From positions 13,516 to 77,515 of the forward strand of contig JBBABZ010000002.1 in NCBI GenBank assembly GCA_041657385.1: a stretch of 64,000 nucleotides of DNA, in the 5' to 3' direction. Source of the stretch: Minisyncoccota bacterium (GTDB lineage: Bacteria; Patescibacteriota; Minisyncoccia; Minisyncoccales; JAQTVQ01). The notes beneath the pieces are model-generated. The model was not told the origin of the DNA and did not search any database. It saw nothing but the letters and a program-made list of their open reading frames with translations. Made by a program: the position numbers and the translations under genes. Every line of letters begins with the position of its first letter. Position 1 is the stretch's first letter. This document shows, one piece after another, positions 35,841 through 44,270 of the stretch.

Positions 35841-36959
35841 ATGGCTACACAAAAAACTAAAGTTATTTGCGCCATGTCCGGCGGCATAGACAGTTCAGTT
35901 TCTGCGGCTTTATTAAAAGAGTCCGGATTTGATGTTGTTGGCATTTTTATTAAATTTTGGTCCGACCATGATGAAATCTGCCGACCATCTTTGAACAATA
36001 ACAGATGCTGTTCGACCGAATCCGAAAATCGAGCGCGCAAGATCGCTCAAATATTGAATATTCCTTTTTATATTTTAGATCTCCAGAAAGAATTCAAGGA
36101 AAAGATCGTGGATGGTTTTTTGGACGGGTATAAAAAAGGGATCACTCCCAATCCTTGCGTGGCTTGCAACAAAGAAATAAAATTCGGTTTGCTTCTAGAA
36201 AAAGCCTTGGAGCTAGGTGTTGATTTTATCGCCACAGGCCATTATGCGATAAAAAAACCGATTAAAAATAAGAGATCAGGAATTGAAAATTATCAGTTGT
36301 TTACTTCAAAAGATGAAGCGAAAGACCAGACTTATTTTTTACACAAGCTTAGCCAGAATCAACTTAAGCATGTTCTATTCCCAGTGGGAGAATATACCAA
36401 GCCACAGGTCAGAAAGCTGGCTAAAAAATTAAAATTGCCGGTTTTGGAAACGCCAGAATCGCAAGAAGTTTGTTTTATTCCCGGAGAAACAGAAACTTTT
36501 TTGAAAAAATATCTTAAAGAAAATCCAGGAAAGATTGTTGACATACAGGGTAATGAACTTGGCAGACATAACGGCCTTTGGTTTTATACGATCGGCCAGC
36601 GCAAGGGTATCGGTTTGCCCGGCGGCCCTTATTATGTTGCTAAAAAAGATTTGGAAAAAAATAATTTAGTGATCACTAAAGACGAAAAAGATCTGGAGCA
36701 AAATGAGGTTATTTTTGAAGATACCAATTGGCTTTTAGTCCAAGGACCGGATTTTCCGCTGGAAGTTGAAGCTAAGATACGCTATCGTCACCTTTTAGCC
36801 CCGGCTATTATTGATAAAACCGAAAAAGAAGGAATATTCAAAGCTGTTTTCAAAGATCCTCAAAGAGCGGTTACGCCAGGACAATCAATAGTTTTCTACT
36901 CCGCAAAAGCCGATAAAAAAGGGAAGAGGGAAACGCTGGGAGGAGGAACCATCCTCTGA
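35841..36959 (+). CDS. mnmA: tRNA 2-thiouridine(34) synthase MnmA
   Basis: VICAMSGGIDSSV PP-loop, NPCVACN and ATGHYA motifs. Confidence 0.92.
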   Translation: MATQKTKVICAMSGGIDSSVSAALLKESGFDVVGIFIKFWSDHDEICRPSLNNNRCCSTESENRARKIAQILNIPFYILDLQKEFKEKIVDGFLDGYKKGITPNPCVACNKEIKFGLLLEKALELGVDFIATGHYAIKKPIKNKRSGIENYQLFTSKDEAKDQTYFLHKLSQNQLKHVLFPVGEYTKPQVRKLAKKLKLPVLETPESQEVCFIPGETETFLKKYLKENPGKIVDIQGNELGRHNGLWFYTIGQRKGIGLPGGPYYVAKKDLEKNNLVITKDEKDLEQNEVIFEDTNWLLVQGPDFPLEVEAKIRYRHLLAPAIIDKTEKEGIFKAVFKDPQRAVTPGQSIVFYSAKADKKGKRETLGGGTIL

Positions 36960-36979
36960 AATTTTCAATTTCTAATTTT
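36959..36979. repeat. AT-rich 21-mer aaattttcaatttctaatttt (copy 2), overlapping the mnmA stop
   Basis: Identical to 26493-26513. It is followed by a partially complementary ggtttgaaaattaaaaatt segment. Confidence 0.65.
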
Positions 36980-37087
36980 TAAACCCGTGATGGCTAAGGT
37001 TTGAAAATTAAAAATTAATATTCAATATTTTATCATTAAAATTCGTTGTGATATTATATAAATATAATTTTAATCATTAAGCTTATC

Positions 37088-37333
37088 ATGGTCTCTAAAA
37101 ATTCATCAAAAAAAATAAATAAAAAAACAGAAGAGGAAGATAAGGTGACGGAGGAAACTGTTTTGGCGGAAATATTGCAAAAGGCCGGGGCTGAAGAAAT
37201 TCTGGCCAAATACGAATTACCTTGCTTGTCTTGCCCGTTTGCCAAAATGGAAATGGAGCAGTTGAAAATAGGCGATCTTTGCCAACAATACGGGATCGAT
37301 CGTGAAAGCCTGCTTAAAGATCTGAATAAATAA
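37088..37333 (+). CDS. DUF1858 / hybrid-cluster-protein-associated redox disulfide domain protein
   Basis: ILAKYELPCLSCPFAKMEMEQLKIGDLCQQYGID (CxxC plus the conserved helix pattern), with a Lys/Glu-rich N-terminal tail. Confidence 0.6.
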   Translation: MVSKNSSKKINKKTEEEDKVTEETVLAEILQKAGAEEILAKYELPCLSCPFAKMEMEQLKIGDLCQQYGIDRESLLKDLNK

Positions 37334-37340
37334 TTTTTAG

Positions 37341-38210
37341 ATGATAAGCAGCAGAAAGCAACCGTTTTTAATTTTAGGTTTTTTATTTTTAGCTAATTTA
37401 GCGGCGTGGCAAGCCGTTTTTTATTATTATTTTTCAACTGGAAAGCTGGATGCCATTTTTTTCAATGTCGGGCAGGGAGACGCTATATTTATCAAGACTC
37501 CGCAAGGCCATCAAATCCTTATTGACGGCGGTCCGGATACGGCAATTTTGGAAAAATTATCACAGGAAATTCCTTTCTGGGATAAAGATTTAGACATGAT
37601 TATTTTGACTCATCCCGACAAAGACCATTTGTTCGGAATATTGGAAGTTCTAAAAAATTATAAGGTTGAAAATATCGTTTGGTCCGGTTTGGCAGAGGAA
37701 AATACAGCCGAATTTAAGGAATGGCAAAAGTTTAAGGAAGAAGAATTTAAGGAGGGAGCCAAAGAGTTAAAGGTTTCTGCTGGTCAAAGAATTATTGCCG
37801 GAAGCGCGGTATTTTCTATTCTTTATCCTTTTTTTGGCCAGGAAAGAACAAAAAACGAAGACAATGAAGATTCCTTAGCGTTGAGGTTGGATTTTAGGAA
37901 CAATAGTTTTCTTCTTTGCGGCGACATTGGATTTTATGAAGAGCAAAAAATAATAAATAGCCCTGAAAAAATTTCAGTACAGGTTTTAAAAGTGGCCCAT
38001 CACGGTTCGAAATATTCCACTTCGCAGGCTTTTTTAGATAAGGCTTCCCCTCAATTTGCGATAATCCAAGTTGGTAAAAACAGCTACGGCCATCCCGCTA
38101 AAGAAGTTTTGACCAGGCTTGAAAAATCTGGTATCAATACTTTGAGGACAGATGTGAATGGGGATATCAAAGTTGTCTCTGATGGTTATAATCTACATAT
38201 AGAAAAATAA
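37341..38210 (+). CDS. ComEC/Rec2-related metallo-beta-lactamase-fold hydrolase (stand-alone MBL domain with N-terminal anchor)
   Basis: FFNVGQGDAIFIKTPQGHQILIDGGP, LTHPDKDH, VAHHGS. Confidence 0.8.
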   Translation: MISSRKQPFLILGFLFLANLAAWQAVFYYYFSTGKLDAIFFNVGQGDAIFIKTPQGHQILIDGGPDTAILEKLSQEIPFWDKDLDMIILTHPDKDHLFGILEVLKNYKVENIVWSGLAEENTAEFKEWQKFKEEEFKEGAKELKVSAGQRIIAGSAVFSILYPFFGQERTKNEDNEDSLALRLDFRNNSFLLCGDIGFYEEQKIINSPEKISVQVLKVAHHGSKYSTSQAFLDKASPQFAIIQVGKNSYGHPAKEVLTRLEKSGINTLRTDVNGDIKVVSDGYNLHIEK

Positions 38211-38284
38211 ATAGAATTTGTTAAAAATTTAAAATTGAAAAATCAAAATTGAAAATTATTGTATCGCTTCGCGATATATATATA

Positions 38285-38303
38285 ATCCCGCTAACGTCGG
38301 GAT
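38285..38303. repeat. Single ATCCCG-loop-CGGGAT hairpin (same family as the rpsL-flanking elements)
   Basis: atcccg-ctaacgt-cgggat, preceded by a second small hairpin tatcgc-ttc-gcgata (38261-38276). Confidence 0.5.
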
Positions 38304-38351
38304 ACCATAATTTTACATTTTGATATTTAAATTTTAAATTATTTTAAGTTT

Positions 38352-39419
38352 ATGGTTGAGTTTCCTATATTTAAAACCAAAGTTGAGGGTTCTCCCCGTT
38401 TTGATTTGGCCGATCCCAAGCAAAGAGGGGAATATTTCCAGTTAAAAGCCGGGCTCGAGATAGAAAAAATGAAAAAATATCTTGAGAGCGGGAGCACTTT
38501 TATCGCCTATCTTTTGGGCAAAAAGAACTCCGGCAAGGGCACTTATTCCAAAATGTTCGGAGAAATTTTTGGCAAAGAGAAAGTTTTTCATTTATCAATC
38601 GGCGATATGATAAGAGGGGTTGATAAGGAATTAAAATCCAGCGAGCAAAGAGAGTCTTTGGTGAAATTTATCAAGGAAAATTACCGCGGGTGGATGTCGC
38701 CCGATGAAATTATTGAAACATTGGAAGGCAGAAGCACTTCCAAGCTTTTGCCTACGGAATTGATCTTGGCTATTGTCAAAAGAGAAATTGCTAAGAATAA
38801 AGGCAAAGTTATCTTTATAGACGGATTCCCGAGAGGTTTGGACCAAGTGGCTTTTTCGCTTTTTTTCCGCGACTTGGTGGATTACCGCCAAGATCCGGAT
38901 GTCTTTGTTTTAATTAGCGTGCCCGATATGGCGATCGAAGAGAGGATCAAATGGCGTTTGATTTGTCCGAAATGCAATACTTCCCGCAATTTAAAGCTTT
39001 TGCCAACCAAATCCATTGGATATGATGAAGTTAAAAAAGAGTTTTATCTAGCCTGCGATAATCCAGAGTGCGGCAATGCCAGAATGATCACCAAAGAAGG
39101 GGACGAATTGGGCTTGGATCCCATAAGGGAAAGAATAAAAATAGACCAGGAGCTTTTGGAAAAAGCTTATCAGCTTTACGGCGTGCCAAAAGTCCTTCTA
39201 AGGAATGCGGTTCCGATCGATAAAGCTGAAGAATATGTGAACGATTACGAAGTTACGCCCCAATATGAATATACTTGGAATGGAAAAGAAAAGAAGGTCG
39301 AGGTTATTGAAAATCCTTGGACAATCTTGGACGATCAAGGAACCGCTTCTTTCAGCTTATTGGCGCCTCCCGTAGTAGTTTCATTATTGAAGCAGCTAGC
39401 TATTGCTTTAGGGTTATAA
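38352..39419 (+). CDS. Divergent adenylate-kinase-family protein (extended, 355 aa)
   Basis: P-loop-like LLGKKNSGKGTYS, IDGFPRG (compare canonical LDGFPRT) and a Zn-LID-like R.ICPKCN...CDNPECG. It has N- and C-terminal extensions of about 50 aa and about 90 aa. The canonical adk is at 57498. Confidence 0.6.
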   Translation: MVEFPIFKTKVEGSPRFDLADPKQRGEYFQLKAGLEIEKMKKYLESGSTFIAYLLGKKNSGKGTYSKMFGEIFGKEKVFHLSIGDMIRGVDKELKSSEQRESLVKFIKENYRGWMSPDEIIETLEGRSTSKLLPTELILAIVKREIAKNKGKVIFIDGFPRGLDQVAFSLFFRDLVDYRQDPDVFVLISVPDMAIEERIKWRLICPKCNTSRNLKLLPTKSIGYDEVKKEFYLACDNPECGNARMITKEGDELGLDPIRERIKIDQELLEKAYQLYGVPKVLLRNAVPIDKAEEYVNDYEVTPQYEYTWNGKEKKVEVIENPWTILDDQGTASFSLLAPPVVVSLLKQLAIALGL

Positions 39420-39430
39420 AAAGAATTTTT

Positions 39431-39454
39431 AAAGGCGTCCGCGAGGGCGCTTTT
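39431..39454 (+). terminator. Candidate rho-independent terminator
   Basis: ggcgtcc-gcga-gggcgc followed by tttt. Confidence 0.45.
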
Positions 39455-39513
39455 AAGTTGGGCAAGGTCCGCGGAAGGGCAAGCATCCTTACTAAAGATT
39501 ATGCTCTTTAGCC

Positions 39514-39544
39514 TTGACCTCTTTTACTAAGAGAAGGATAATAA
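39514..39544 (+). promoter_or_regulatory. Candidate promoter TTGACC-N19-TATAAT
   Basis: TTGACC at 39514-39519 and a perfect TATAAT at 39539-39544. The spacer is 19 nt, longer than optimal. No CDS lies downstream on this strand for about 800 nt. Confidence 0.4.
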
Positions 39545-39550
39545 TTATAG

Positions 39551-39772
39551 TCTTGTGCCTTTAAAAAAAATAAAAAGCAGCGCCTCTTTGGGAATTGGAA
39601 GCTCCTAATGAGGTCCTGCTTTTTTAAGAAGATTCCGGCACAAAGCTCTTTTTATGGGAGCCTGCATATCCAATCGCTTTGGCGGTTGAATAAGGGCACC
39701 CACCTGGATTTTTTCCGGAGTCTTTCTTTGATTTGCAGGACCACAAAAAATCGTCTTTAAAGGGCGGTTTTT
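39551..39772 (+). ncRNA. Candidate non-coding RNA of unknown class (promoter-to-terminator interval, rod-like pairing)
   Basis: No ORF. A 43-nt hairpin gcagcgcctc...gaggtcctgc plus T6 lies at 39576-39624. Long-range pairs are ggtcctgc 39611-39618 with gcaggacc 39734-39741, and aagaagattccgg 39625-39637 with ccggagtctttctt 39714-39727. An apical hairpin caatcgc-tttg-gcggttg lies at 39670-39687. A terminator-like aaaaaatcgtc...gggcggtttttt lies at 39744-39772. The strand is uncertain. Confidence 0.35.
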
Positions 39773-39912
39773 TGTTGGATCCGTGATAACTTTGTCTGTT
39801 TAGTTTTTTGTCCGAAATTAGTCATTAGAGATTAAAATAGAGGCAGAAAGGCGTAAGTAATATTTTAATTGATCATCGTTCCGATATGATAATTAAAAAA
39901 GATTGGGTCAAC

Positions 39913-39951
39913 AAAAAAACTGTCTTTTCTCAAAAAAAAAGACAGTTTTTT
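39913..39951. terminator. Bidirectional terminator hairpin downstream of tRNA-Pro (minus-strand unit)
   Basis: aaaaaaactgtc...gacagttttttt. Confidence 0.65.
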
Positions 39952-39959
39952 GCTGTAAG

Positions 39960-40030
39960 TCGGGCCAAGCGGAATCGAACCGCTACTATGCCCACCCCAA
40001 GGGCACGGACTGCCGCTATCCTATGGCCCG
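39960..40030 (-). tRNA. tRNA-Pro (anticodon GGG)
   Basis: The minus strand reads CGGGCCA-TA-GGAT-AGCGGCA-GTCC-G-TGCCC-TTGGGGT-GGGCA-TAGT-AGCGG-TTCGATT-CCGCT-TGGCCCG-A. The cloverleaf was folded by hand, and no CCA is encoded. Confidence 0.85.
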
Positions 40031-40050
40031 GAGGCCAAATCTTTAAAAAG

Positions 40051-40266
40051 TTATTTAGCTAAAGTTTTAATGCACTTAGTGCAAATCAAAACTCTTTTGC
40101 CGGCAAGCTCTTTAAAATTGGGATGTTTTGCGTCAGTCGGAATTAAAGCCCATTGAAGATTGGGTTTTTTTCTGAACTTGGGAGAAGGATTATATTTGCT
40201 TCGCAACTTGTTGATCTTCCTCTCCATGTGCGAAGTTTTCTCGCAGATTAAACATTGTTTTGCCAT
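40051..40266 (-). CDS. rpmB: Ribosomal protein bL28 (Cys4 zinc-ribbon form)
   Basis: MAKQCLICEK..., KKPNLQ motif and a C-terminal CTKC, in 71 aa. Confidence 0.6.
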   Translation of the reverse strand: MAKQCLICEKTSHMERKINKLRSKYNPSPKFRKKPNLQWALIPTDAKHPNFKELAGKRVLICTKCIKTLAK

Positions 40267-40347
40267 ACCGCAATATCTTATACCATTACAAATATTTTTT
40301 CAAGAGCGATATTTCTCTTTTTTAGATAGTATGATAAGTAAGTATCT

Positions 40348-40959
40348 ATGGATACAATAATATTTACTATCATAAGTTTAATAATTTTGTTATTTTCCGT
40401 GATTTTGCACGAAATCGCCCACGGGACGGTTGCTTATATTTTGGGCGATCCGACCGCCAAGCTTTCTGGCCGGTTGACCCTGAATCCTTTAAAGCATTTG
40501 GATCCCGTCGGTTCTGTTTTGCTGCCATTAGTTCTTCTTTTTTCTACTCGAGGGGCGATAGTCTTCGGTTGGGCTAAACCGGTCCCGATCAACCCTTTTA
40601 ACTTTACGGATAAGCGCTGGGGAGAATTAAAAGTAGGGATTGCCGGAGTTGCGGTCAATTTTTTGATCGCGATCGTTTTTAGCCTCTTAGCCAGGTTTTT
40701 TTATGTGTCAGCTAATTTTTTTTCCGTTATTTATGTTGTCGCTGTCTATAATTTTGCTTTAGGTATTTTTAATTTGCTGCCGATCCCTCCCTTAGATGGA
40801 TCGCATATTTTTTTCAGTTTTTTAGGAGAGAAATTTTCCGATTTTAAAATTTTTATGCAGCAATACGGCATTTTTATTTTGCTTTTTTTGATTGTTTGGG
40901 GGGTGGATTGGATTTTTAAGATGAGTTCTATGCTTTTTTACTTGATTTCCGGCCATTAG
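40348..40959 (+). CDS. Site-2 protease / peptidase M50 family membrane metalloprotease
   Basis: HEIAHG (HExxH) in the first TM helix, NLLPIPPLDGSH motif and multiple TM helices. Confidence 0.8.
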   Translation: MDTIIFTIISLIILLFSVILHEIAHGTVAYILGDPTAKLSGRLTLNPLKHLDPVGSVLLPLVLLFSTRGAIVFGWAKPVPINPFNFTDKRWGELKVGIAGVAVNFLIAIVFSLLARFFYVSANFFSVIYVVAVYNFALGIFNLLPIPPLDGSHIFFSFLGEKFSDFKIFMQQYGIFILLFLIVWGVDWIFKMSSMLFYLISGH

Positions 40960-40987
40960 ATCATTTGACATTTTTAAGTTTATTTGA

Positions 40988-41110
40988 TAATTTATATTAG
41001 TTGAGAGTGGAGCGATCAACCTAATTTATATTCTGTTGAGTGTTAAGCGATCAACTTAATTTATATTATGTTGAGCATTAAAAGCTCAACATAATTTATG
41101 TGTTGTTTAT
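40988..41110. repeat. Tandem array of about 35-bp units (3 full plus 1 partial), each TAATTTAT(A/G)T..GTTGAG-loop-(C)TCAAC
   Basis: TAATTTAT starts at 40988, 41022, 41057 and 41092 (period 34-35 bp). Each full unit carries a gttga(g)...(c)tcaac hairpin. The array lies upstream of rpsL. Confidence 0.7.
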
Positions 41111-41111
41111 A

Positions 41112-41156
41112 AAAAATTATCCCGTTACGCGGGATCCCGCATAGCGGGAGAAATTT
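41112..41156. repeat. 44-bp double-hairpin GC-rich element, copy 1 (upstream of rpsL)
   Basis: aaaaattatcccgttacgcgggatcccgcatagcgggagaaatt: two ATCCCG-loop-CGGGAT hairpins sharing a central GGATCC. Confidence 0.75.
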
Positions 41157-41164
41157 AAAAAAGA

Positions 41165-41587
41165 ATGCCTACAATCCACCAGCTAGTTAAAAAAGGAAGA
41201 AAATCCCAAAAAGCGAAAAGCAAATCGCCAGCTTTGACTTTTGCCTTTAACTCGAAAAAGAACGCTCCGAAAGAATACGACTCTCCTTTTAAAAAAGGTG
41301 TTTGCGTCAAAGTATTTACAACCACTCCGAAAAAACCAAATTCGGCTTTACGCAAGGTAGCCAGAGTTCGTTTATCTAATGGAATGGAGGTGACTGCTTA
41401 CATCCCTGGCGTTGGACATAATTTGCAAGAGCACTCTATAGTAATGATCAGAGGCGGCAGAGTAAAAGATCTTCCGGGCGTCAGGTACCATATAGTAAGG
41501 GGAGTTTTGGATGCCGCAGGAGTAACGGGCAGAAAAAAACAAAGAAGCTGTTACGGAGCGAAGAAAACAAAAACAGCTGCTAAGTAA
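41165..41587 (+). CDS. rpsL: Ribosomal protein uS12
   Basis: [11 protein letters not shown]..., [20 protein letters not shown], and position at the head of the str operon. Confidence 0.97.
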   Translation: MPTIHQLVKKGRKSQKAKSKSPALTFAFNSKKNAPKEYDSPFKKGVCVKVFTTTPKKPNSALRKVARVRLSNGMEVTAYIPGVGHNLQEHSIVMIRGGRVKDLPGVRYHIVRGVLDAAGVTGRKKQRSCYGAKKTKTAAK

Positions 41588-41600
41588 TATTCTTTTATTT

Positions 41601-41644
41601 AAAAATTATCCCGCCGTGCGGGATCCCGCACGGCGGGATAAATT
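41601..41644. repeat. 44-bp double-hairpin GC-rich element, copy 2 (downstream of rpsL); perfect 32-nt palindrome core
   Basis: aaaaattatcccgccgtgcgggatcccgcacggcgggataaatt, with core 41608-41639 self-complementary. It differs from copy 1 mainly in loop positions. Confidence 0.75.
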
Positions 41645-41683
41645 CGAAACGAACAAAAACTAAAACTAAAATTAAAAATTAAT

Positions 41684-42151
41684 ATGGCGAATAGTAAAAC
41701 TAGAAAAATAGAAATTCAGCCTGATCCTCTTTATAACGATGTCATGGTTGCCAAGTTTATTAACCAGATTTTGAGGCAGGGAAAAAAGACCGTAGCTCAA
41801 AAAATTGTTTATGGATCTTTTGATTTGGTCAAAGAAAACACCAAAAGGGATCCGTTGGAAGTTTTTAGAACTGCTATCCAAAATGTTTCTCCTCTCTTAG
41901 AAGTCAAACCGAAAAGAGTGGGCGGAGCCACATATCAAGTGCCGACCGAAGTCAGAGGCGACAGAAGGCTGAGCATCGCAATGAAATGGATTATCGGCGC
42001 GGCTAAAGCCAAAAAAGGAAAAAAGATGGCCGAACATTTGGCCCAAGAATTAATAGAAGCTTCCGAGAATAAGGGCGAAGCAGTAAGAAAAAGAGAGAAT
42101 GCTCACAGAATGGCAGATGCCAATAGGGCTTTCGCTCACTTTTCTTTTTAA
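41684..42151 (+). CDS. rpsG: Ribosomal protein uS7
   Basis: [22 protein letters not shown]..., VGGATYQVP, and operon position. Confidence 0.97.
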   Translation: MANSKTRKIEIQPDPLYNDVMVAKFINQILRQGKKTVAQKIVYGSFDLVKENTKRDPLEVFRTAIQNVSPLLEVKPKRVGGATYQVPTEVRGDRRLSIAMKWIIGAAKAKKGKKMAEHLAQELIEASENKGEAVRKRENAHRMADANRAFAHFSF

Positions 42152-42154
42152 ATT

Positions 42155-44260
42155 ATGCCAAGAATTTATCCTATAGAAAAATACAGAGATATTGGCGTTA
42201 TCGCCCATATTGATGCCGGAAAAACAACCACTACAGAGAGGATTCTTTTTTTTACCGGCGTCTCTCATAAAATAGGAGAGGTTCATAATGGCGAGGCCAT
42301 TATGGATTGGATGGTTCAGGAAAGAGAGCGCGGCATTACCATCACTTCCGCCGCTACTACTTGTTTTTGGTCTCCAGGGGAAGGATTGACTCATAAAAAA
42401 ACAAATGAGCATCAATTTAATATAATTGATACTCCTGGACATATTGATTTTACCGCTGAAGTCCAGCGTTCTTTGCGCGTGCTTGACGGCGCGGTCGTTG
42501 TTTTTGACGGCGTTGCCGGAGTTGAACCTCAATCCGAAACCGTTTGGAGACAGGCGGACAAATATAGCGTTCCGCGCATTTGTTTTGTTAATAAAATGGA
42601 CAGGATCGGAGCTGATTTTGAAAAAGACCTTGAATCCATCTGGACAAAATTGACCACTAACGCAGTTGCGTTGCAGATCCCGATTGGCGCCGAATCGGAT
42701 TTTGAAGGTGTTATTGATTTGCTTGAAATGAAAGCCCTCTATTTTGAAGGACAGGACGGGCAAGAAGTTAAGTCCGTAGAAATTCCGGAAAACTTGAAAC
42801 AGCAGGCCGAAGATTGGAGAAAAAAAATGGTAGAAAAAGTTGTTTCCGAAGATGAAGTTTTATTGAATAAATATTTAGCCGGAGAAAATATCTCGATCGA
42901 AGAGTTGAGAACCACCTTAAGAAGGGCGACCATTGCTTACAGATTGGTGCCAGTTTTCTTTGGAACATCTCTTCGCAACAAAGGGATCCAGCCGATGCTG
43001 GACGGAATTTGTTATTATCTTCCGAGCCCGGTTGACCTGCCTTCAACAAAAGGCCTAGACTCTGTTACTGGAGAAGCCGTTGAAAGGAAGCCTTCCGATA
43101 CCGAACCTTTTTGCGCTTTAGCTTTTAAAATTGCCACCGATCCTTTTGTCGGAAGTTTGACTTATTTTAGGGTTTATTCGGGAACATTTAAAAAAGGCAA
43201 TTATCTTTTAAATACCATTACCGGCCAAAAAGAAAGGATTGGCCGTTTGCTTCGCATGTACGCCAACCAGAGAGAAGAAGTTGAAGAGGTTTTTGCCGGA
43301 GATATCGTCGGCACGGTCGGGTTGAAAGCGACCACTACCGGAAATACTCTTTGCGACGAGAACGCTCCGATTATTTTGGAAAAGATTTCGTTCCCGGAAC
43401 CGGTTATTCATATCAAGGTGGAGCCGAAGACCAAGGCTGACCAAGAAAAATTGGGAGTATCCTTGAAACGCCTTCAAGACGAAGATCCGACCTTTAGGAT
43501 GAAGACCGACCATGATACCGGCGAAACCATTATCGGAGGAATGGGAGAATTGCATTTGGATATTATTATTGACCGCTTAAGGAGAGAGTTTAATCTTGAT
43601 GTTACTTCCGGCCGTCCGCAAGTCGCTTATAAAGAAACTATTGAAACCCATGCTGAGGCTGAATCAAAATATATCAAGCAGTCTGGCGGGCGCGGCCAAT
43701 ACGGCCATGTAATGATCAAAGTTGATCCTAAGAAGCAGGGAGAAGGATTTGAATTTGTTGACGAGATCAAGGGAGGCGTTATCCCGCATGAATACATCTC
43801 GGCTATTGAAAAAGGCATTAAAGAAGCCTTGGAAAAAGGAGTTGTCGCCGGATTCCCGATGGTTGATATTAAAGCCACTTTATACGACGGTTCCTACCAC
43901 GAAGTTGATTCTTCAGAAATTGCTTTTAAAATTGCCGGATCAATGGCCTTGCAGGAAGCAGCCAAGAGAGCTAAGGCTTTTATTATGGAGCCGATGATGA
44001 AATTGGAAGTGGTTATCCAGCCTGATTCTTTAGGGGATGTTATTGGAGATATATCATCCAGGCGCGGACAGATCGAAGAAACCTCCGAAAGAGGGAATAT
44101 GAAAGTTGTTGCCGCTAAGGTTCCTTTAGCAGAAATGTTTGGATACGCGACATCATTGCGTTCATTGACGGAAGGCCGCGGAACATTTACAATGGAATTT
44201 AGCCATTACGAAAAAGTTCCTCAAAGTGTTTCTTTAGCAATCGTTGAAGGAAGAAAATAA
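42155..44260 (+). CDS. fusA: Translation elongation factor G
   Basis: [16 protein letters not shown]1 motif, [13 protein letters not shown], and full five-domain length (701 aa). Confidence 0.97.
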   Translation: MPRIYPIEKYRDIGVIAHIDAGKTTTTERILFFTGVSHKIGEVHNGEAIMDWMVQERERGITITSAATTCFWSPGEGLTHKKTNEHQFNIIDTPGHIDFTAEVQRSLRVLDGAVVVFDGVAGVEPQSETVWRQADKYSVPRICFVNKMDRIGADFEKDLESIWTKLTTNAVALQIPIGAESDFEGVIDLLEMKALYFEGQDGQEVKSVEIPENLKQQAEDWRKKMVEKVVSEDEVLLNKYLAGENISIEELRTTLRRATIAYRLVPVFFGTSLRNKGIQPMLDGICYYLPSPVDLPSTKGLDSVTGEAVERKPSDTEPFCALAFKIATDPFVGSLTYFRVYSGTFKKGNYLLNTITGQKERIGRLLRMYANQREEVEEVFAGDIVGTVGLKATTTGNTLCDENAPIILEKISFPEPVIHIKVEPKTKADQEKLGVSLKRLQDEDPTFRMKTDHDTGETIIGGMGELHLDIIIDRLRREFNLDVTSGRPQVAYKETIETHAEAESKYIKQSGGRGQYGHVMIKVDPKKQGEGFEFVDEIKGGVIPHEYISAIEKGIKEALEKGVVAGFPMVDIKATLYDGSYHEVDSSEIAFKIAGSMALQEAAKRAKAFIMEPMMKLEVVIQPDSLGDVIGDISSRRGQIEETSERGNMKVVAAKVPLAEMFGYATSLRSLTEGRGTFTMEFSHYEKVPQSVSLAIVEGRK

Positions 44261-44270
44261 CGGGAAAAAT

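Noticed and set aside
39317-39511. 64-aa + strand ORF overlapping the end of the adk-like gene
   Set aside because: It is out of frame with the adk-like CDS and runs through the GC-rich hairpins ggcgtccgcgagggcgc and aggtccgcggaagggca, so it is a repeat-derived pseudo-ORF.
39551-39772. Assignment of the non-coding interval to SRP RNA, RNase P RNA, tmRNA or 6S RNA
   Set aside because: By eye, on either strand, I could not find the SRP domain-IV GGAA/AGCA motif arrangement, the RNase P GAGGAAAGUCC / P4 motifs, a tmRNA tRNA-like end or tag ORF, or 5'/3'-end pairing typical of 6S. It is left as unknown class.
41036-41100. Reading the 35-bp repeat units as stacked sigma70 promoters for rpsL
   Set aside because: TTGAG(N) to the best -10-like hexamer (TATATT) is ~20 nt, and alternative hexamers at 15-17 nt are poor. 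The promoter interpretation is not supported well enough to annotate.
40988-41110. Possible CRISPR array
   Set aside because: It has only 3.5 units of ~35 bp with no unique spacer segments between repeats (the whole unit repeats) and no cas genes in the window, so it is treated as a tandem repeat.
42050-42763. 237-aa ORF on the minus strand
   Set aside because: It lies entirely antisense to the rpsG 3' end and the fusA 5' region, whose products are unmistakable. It is a shadow ORF with low-complexity composition and no start context.
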